64,000 nt of DNA from Dendrobates tinctorius. Lineage: Eukaryota. This document shows, one piece after another, positions 60,401-64,000 of the stretch (positions are counted from its first letter, which is position 1; each line of letters starts with the position of its first letter). A program made the translations under genes and the position numbers. The notes below the pieces were generated by a model, which worked only from the letters and a program-made list of their open reading frames with translations, had not been told where the DNA came from and searched no databases. Where the stretch lies: NCBI RefSeq assembly GCF_039654945.1, contig NW_027361928.1:682001-746000 (forward strand), read 5' to 3'.

Positions 60401-60820
60401 CGGAAAACAACCAAGGGTAGGAGTGGGTCCGGGTCTCGAGCCTCCGCTCTGGAGTGCGACCCCTCTGATTCTCTAGCCCTGATCCAGGTGCCATTGGAAG
60501 GTCCAGCCGCCCCCCCTCTGGTGGATCTCTCCAACCGGTTCGGGGCCCTCCAGGACTCCCCTGCAGAGGGGGAGGACGGGAGCCCGGAGCCGGAGGTTGC
60601 GGACAAGGATGTTGGGGCTCAGGGGGTCGCTGAGTCTTCTTCTCAGGGAGCAATTAAAGGGCCCTCTGGGGGGGGGACTACCTCGGGACCACCAGACAAG
60701 GGCCAGAGTGTATGTAAGGAGAGAATGGATGAGTCTGTGTGTCTTAAGCGCACTAAAAGCTCATCATTGTCTGAGGAAGAGGGTGAAGCTGTTGGGGGTG
60801 GGAAGAAAAAGGCTATCTAA
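57467..60820 (+). CDS. Tx1-type ORF1p (ZCCHC3-like RRM region + 3 CCHC knuckles), 1117 aa
   Basis: FDVSF..LELFW, GIWSGAW, FYQGQPKVCHRCGSPTHFSAQC, CALCGDLGHLAATC, CNLCGDLGHPFSRC. Confidence 0.88.
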   Translation: MGEMTSSESTSSFSSRVVAMLREYEDAGKALTGLKEQLREARILNTRASNKEGPATSQRFKALRDEVVRLVLLREGIEKSAGPFLERFKNQRRFSEMKGLNTSGELPAGVLSEEEEDDEVVAGVSRAGTSREKESQSQQGSGLPARQRTPTTHAGVSAEEEEECGLLREIRELESPVDLTRFSFGEDEPAEETKKRRKTKKMTQEVVSYKYVPMSDVTPTTSCVNPTKPKSTGSAVGPGHRQGGERRRTSGNAAVCAGNGAGGEAVEVLTAPDIGDPVEFPSLPAAAKPVITGAEESGGDVHAVAKGGRCGQTPCLLTAAEPANAGAVGGRAEEHGAAKGGRTVVTGAQCASTEERRRAAETEPREKRNTQQKQGTSSARNTVRSAVTGGQHAPKCDTSTPKSVATGQAAQNNKGHSAPKELHNVSTELIKTGVVLHRSPDPAGVSAETADTREEGMEVTVEGAENSGNGVNDGSSSGVNNGSCGAANVGSIGGVNDVSTAGVNGGNSGGVNNGSCGAANDGSIGGVNEESSTGVGGGEVGSGPTAPPAVARASAPSYSGAVTAGGSSAPLSGGPEDGDLQQRFLDALKKGESSINVEGKEVDLSFWIERHGLSAFRDRGAETVWSLPTPGQRSNRRNVARLQWVSKDACPDRSKVAELLLGMGFAAYDIFALIHPYGTSYFDVSFVRPEGLELFWSRHELARGRPEWQGFVPVAISRQNSVRKVTVLTSNESLSCMDISTWIGRYGDIVGIPEKTRDDHGIWSGAWTFMVKLKVSGNTVTHIPSSTFLGRDRILIFYQGQPKVCHRCGSPTHFSAQCTTQKCALCGDLGHLAATCGRIRCNLCGDLGHPFSRCPRSFANAVLKAASAGQAKAGTNLAGEGTSRGGGGREPVRSKLPPSNIRRQEQRHGNRGQGVMTLNPDPGTSLAAEDPKDSELSEEVRRLEREEQADAMSSQEPSSGDSLDEGEGEWSQQRKKGNRKTTKGRSGSGSRASALECDPSDSLALIQVPLEGPAAPPLVDLSNRFGALQDSPAEGEDGSPEPEVADKDVGAQGVAESSSQGAIKGPSGGGTTSGPPDKGQSVCKERMDESVCLKRTKSSSLSEEEGEAVGGGKKKAI

Positions 60821-60831
60821 TCCAATCAATC

Positions 60832-63800
60832 ATGATGGCGGCACCCACACCGTTGACGCTGGCAACCATTAATGTTGCCAGCATAAAGTCAGAAGCGGCA
60901 AGGTTCACGGCCTTTCATTTTCTCGGCCAACTTGATGCCGACATTTTGTTTTTGCAGGAGACCAGGTTGACTGACCTATCAACCATGCATAAAGCAAGGA
61001 GGGAGTGGAGGCATGGGCCCTCCTACTGGTCTCTTGCGGCCGAGCCGTATAGCGGGGTGGCGGTCCTTTTTAAGACCGCAGCGGTTGAATGCAGACGATT
61101 AATTGAATTAGAAATGGGGAGATGCTTGATCCTAGATGTCTCCATGGGGGGACAGGAGCTTCGGCTCATTAACATCTACGGTCCCCAATCCAAGTGGGAC
61201 CGCAAATGTCTCTTCTTGAAGATCAAACCTTTCTTATTTTCAAGTCGGCAGGTGGTCTTTGGAGGGGATTTCAACAACGTCACGAGACCCTGTGATAGAG
61301 GAGGTTCTGGGGACCGGCTGACTTATGATTGCGTCGCGCTAAACAGGATAGTAAGTGAGGCACGCCTAGTGGATGTCCACATCCGGCACAACACAGGCAG
61401 CACGGGATTCACCTTTTTTAGAGGTAGTCAGTGCAGGTCTAGGATAGATAGGTTTTATTTGAAGGAGGAAGCCGTCTCCTCGCCGTTGTCGGTTGTGGAG
61501 GTGGAGTTCTCCGACCACTGTTTGATTATGTTTTCTCTGAACGTTACAGAGACTCCTAGGATGGGAAGAGGTTATTGGAAGCTGAATTCATCACTCCTTG
61601 AGGAAGAAGCTGTAAGACGGTCTTTTGAGGATTTTCTTCAGAGCCAGGTACCACTGCTGGGCCTAAGTAACACTAAGTCAGAGTGGTGGGAGATGTTCAA
61701 ACATCGGGTGGCGAAATTCTTCCGGCAACTCTCGAACCTCAGAAGCCTGAACAGGGATCGCCTGTATCAGAGCCTGAGGAGGAGACTCGAGCATCTTGTC
61801 TCGACTGGAGGTAGCCGTGAGGAGATCTCCGGTGTGAAGTCCTTGCTGAAGAGGTGTCAGTACGATAGGCACGCATCTTTGGTTTTTGAGAGGGACTACG
61901 GGAAGTACTACTCGCCCGACCCTTACAGAAGCTGCAAGATGTCAGTGAATAGTAAGATAGTGACGGGGCTGATGGACAGTACGGGATCCCTGAAGAGGTC
62001 CAGATCAGGGATCTTGGAGGTCGTCAGTTCATACTACTCACACCTTTTGGGAAGGAGGGAACTGGATCGTGACAGGATGTCGGCTTTCCTGGCTGAAGCT
62101 GTTCCGGAGCCAGGGGCTGACCTCTCGCTGGACGTTTTGGCAGAAGAGATCAAAGAAGAGGAAGTGAGACTGGCGATCGATGGGCTCAGGCCCAAAAAAT
62201 CACCAGGTCCGGATGGCTTAACATCCGAGTTCTTTAGGACCTTTAGGGACTCCTTGGTCCCCCTCTTGACTCAGGTGTTTAATGAGTGTCTCTCCTCGGG
62301 CACCCTGCCGAGATCATTAAGGAGGTCAGCTTTGATCATTTTGTCAAAGGGTAAGGATCCGTCACGCATTGAGAATTGGCGTCCCATAGCACTTCTCAAT
62401 GTGGACAGGAAGGTTTTGGCTAAGATACTTTTCAACAGGCTGGTGAAGTTTGCGCCGCGGCTCCTTTCAGAGGCTCAGAACTGTTGCGTTCCTGGCCGTA
62501 GCACTTTCAGTGCTGTTCTGGGTGTCCGAGAGGCCGTGGAGCAAGGCAGGGCGGGCCTTTGGAAGGGGTTCCTGCTGACCCTGGATCAGGCAAAGGCTTT
62601 TGACCGGGTTGACCACGAGTACCTCTGGTCCACTCTTTTGAGGTACGGTCTGCCTGGGGGGTTTGTGGACTGGCTTAAGACCTTATACGCTGGGGCTGAG
62701 ACTTTCCCTCTGGTAAATGGGTGGATTGGACAACCTTTCGGGGTAGGATCTGGTGTCCGTCAGGGCTGCCCTCTTAGCCCATTGCTGTACGCGTTTGCGA
62801 TCGATCCCTTCCTCAGAAGGATCGAGTGTGGACCGTTGGCGGGGGTGGGGATGGGCGGGGTGGCGCCAGAGGCTATCCTGAGGGTAGTGGCCTACGCGGA
62901 CGATGTCACCGTTATTGTTTCTTCGCGAGAGGAGGCGATGGTGGTGATGTCAGAAGTGGAGAGCTACTCGGAGGCTTCCGGGTCCAAGGTCAACCAGGAC
63001 AAGTGTGAGAGTCTCTGGCTGGGAGGCGGGGATCCCGGGTTTGATCTTCCGGACACCCTCCCCGAACCCCAAGAACACGCCAAAGTCCTAGGCATCGAAT
63101 TTGGCCAGGGTGATTACCCCACGAAAAACTGGGAAGGCAGAATCAAAGGTGTCGCTCAAAAAGTGGACCAATGGAAGGGTTGGTCTTTGACCCTGAGGGA
63201 AAGGGTTGGCCTGTGCAAAGCTTTCCTGCTCGCCTTACTAATCTACCTGGGCAGCGTCTGTGTCTTGCCAGAGCCTCTCTGGACTCGGGTCTACAGTCTG
63301 TTCTTTCAGATGTTATGGGGGAATAGACTGAACCTAGTCAAGAGGGAGGTCACTTACCACACGAGGAGACTAGGGGGGTTGAATATGGTGAACCCCGTGG
63401 TGTTCCTAGTGAACACCTTTTTGAAGGTCAACGTGGCAAACCTCTGGAAAGAGAGGGCTCCTCCGTGGGTATTCTCCTGCAAGGGATGGTTTCAGCCTTT
63501 CTTCCAGGAATGGGAGACAGGGGGAAGATTGAAGGATCTTCGCACACCGCATGGGCATCTCCCGGCTTATGTTACCCCGGTTCTGAAGATGATGCGCCGG
63601 TGGGGTCTGGGAATGTGGGAGGTGAGGTCCCTACCGAGGAAACTCCTCGACATGCGGGTCTTGCTTTCGCATTTTCAGAGTCCATTGGTCCTCAAGGACT
63701 GCCCAAGTCGGGATCTAGAGGTTGGGTTGAGTTTGTTAAATTCTAATAGGATCCCCAAGAAGTACTGGGACTTGACTTGGCGCTGCTTCCAAGGTAAGTT

Positions 63801-64000
63801 GTATGTGAGGGACAATCTGAAGTACAGGAGCTCCGAGGACAGGAATTGCCCCCGTGAGGCTTGTGCTAACATGCTGGAAAGCATGGAGCACTTCCTGCTT
63901 CATTGTCCCTTTAATACAGAGGTGTACAACAGGGTGGGAGCTTCCATTGGTTGGCCGCGGCTGGCTACTCTGTCCTATGCCGAGTGGGCCTATGGAGCGT
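60832..64000 (+). CDS. Tx1-type ORF2p (APE endonuclease, RT, C-terminal zinc finger), open to window end
   Basis: TINVAS, FLQET, GGDFN, SRIDR, SDH, KSPGPDG, WRPIALLN, LDQAKAFDRV, RQGCPLSP, YADD (Tyr codon at 62893, in frame), CPREAC..EHFLLHC; absent from ORF track, consistent with no stop before the edge. Confidence 0.9.
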   Translation, partial: MMAAPTPLTLATINVASIKSEAARFTAFHFLGQLDADILFLQETRLTDLSTMHKARREWRHGPSYWSLAAEPYSGVAVLFKTAAVECRRLIELEMGRCLILDVSMGGQELRLINIYGPQSKWDRKCLFLKIKPFLFSSRQVVFGGDFNNVTRPCDRGGSGDRLTYDCVALNRIVSEARLVDVHIRHNTGSTGFTFFRGSQCRSRIDRFYLKEEAVSSPLSVVEVEFSDHCLIMFSLNVTETPRMGRGYWKLNSSLLEEEAVRRSFEDFLQSQVPLLGLSNTKSEWWEMFKHRVAKFFRQLSNLRSLNRDRLYQSLRRRLEHLVSTGGSREEISGVKSLLKRCQYDRHASLVFERDYGKYYSPDPYRSCKMSVNSKIVTGLMDSTGSLKRSRSGILEVVSSYYSHLLGRRELDRDRMSAFLAEAVPEPGADLSLDVLAEEIKEEEVRLAIDGLRPKKSPGPDGLTSEFFRTFRDSLVPLLTQVFNECLSSGTLPRSLRRSALIILSKGKDPSRIENWRPIALLNVDRKVLAKILFNRLVKFAPRLLSEAQNCCVPGRSTFSAVLGVREAVEQGRAGLWKGFLLTLDQAKAFDRVDHEYLWSTLLRYGLPGGFVDWLKTLYAGAETFPLVNGWIGQPFGVGSGVRQGCPLSPLLYAFAIDPFLRRIECGPLAGVGMGGVAPEAILRVVAYADDVTVIVSSREEAMVVMSEVESYSEASGSKVNQDKCESLWLGGGDPGFDLPDTLPEPQEHAKVLGIEFGQGDYPTKNWEGRIKGVAQKVDQWKGWSLTLRERVGLCKAFLLALLIYLGSVCVLPEPLWTRVYSLFFQMLWGNRLNLVKREVTYHTRRLGGLNMVNPVVFLVNTFLKVNVANLWKERAPPWVFSCKGWFQPFFQEWETGGRLKDLRTPHGHLPAYVTPVLKMMRRWGLGMWEVRSLPRKLLDMRVLLSHFQSPLVLKDCPSRDLEVGLSLLNSNRIPKKYWDLTWRCFQGKLYVRDNLKYRSSEDRNCPREACANMLESMEHFLLHCPFNTEVYNRVGASIGWPRLATLSYAEWAYGA

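Larger units (their letters stand above)
57350..64000 (+). mobile_element. Tx1-clade (L1 superfamily) non-LTR retrotransposon, runs off window
   Basis: Zinc-knuckle ORF1 followed 11 nt later by APE-RT ORF2; 5' boundary approximate. Confidence 0.9.

Noticed and set aside
57467-60820. Host ZCCHC3 gene
   Set aside because: Directly followed by an APE-RT ORF2, so it is a retrotransposon ORF1

Overview
Vertebrate genomic DNA, most likely anuran amphibian (inferred from the TE families). It carries the conserved IP6K1-GMPPB-RNF123/AMIGO3 block: complete IP6K1 (+, 399 aa, includes an 81-nt U12-type intron), complete GMPPB (+, 360 aa), the last six exons of RNF123 (-), and single-exon AMIGO3 (+) nested antisense in an RNF123 intron. 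The first ~22 kb is a stack of nested mobile elements. A large BED-finger hAT transposon (right TIR at 7676) is split by a CR1 insertion whose removal restores a single reading frame. Inside its ends it carries a long hairpin, a tandem array, internal duplications and a degenerate 18S rRNA fragment, and it appears to sit in an L2 3' UTR. Solo LTRs, MITEs and satellites follow. An apparently intact Tx1-clade LINE occupies 57.4-64 kb. Most large introns and intergenic gaps hold their own homogeneous minisatellite, and most long low-complexity ORFs in the track are artefacts of these arrays.
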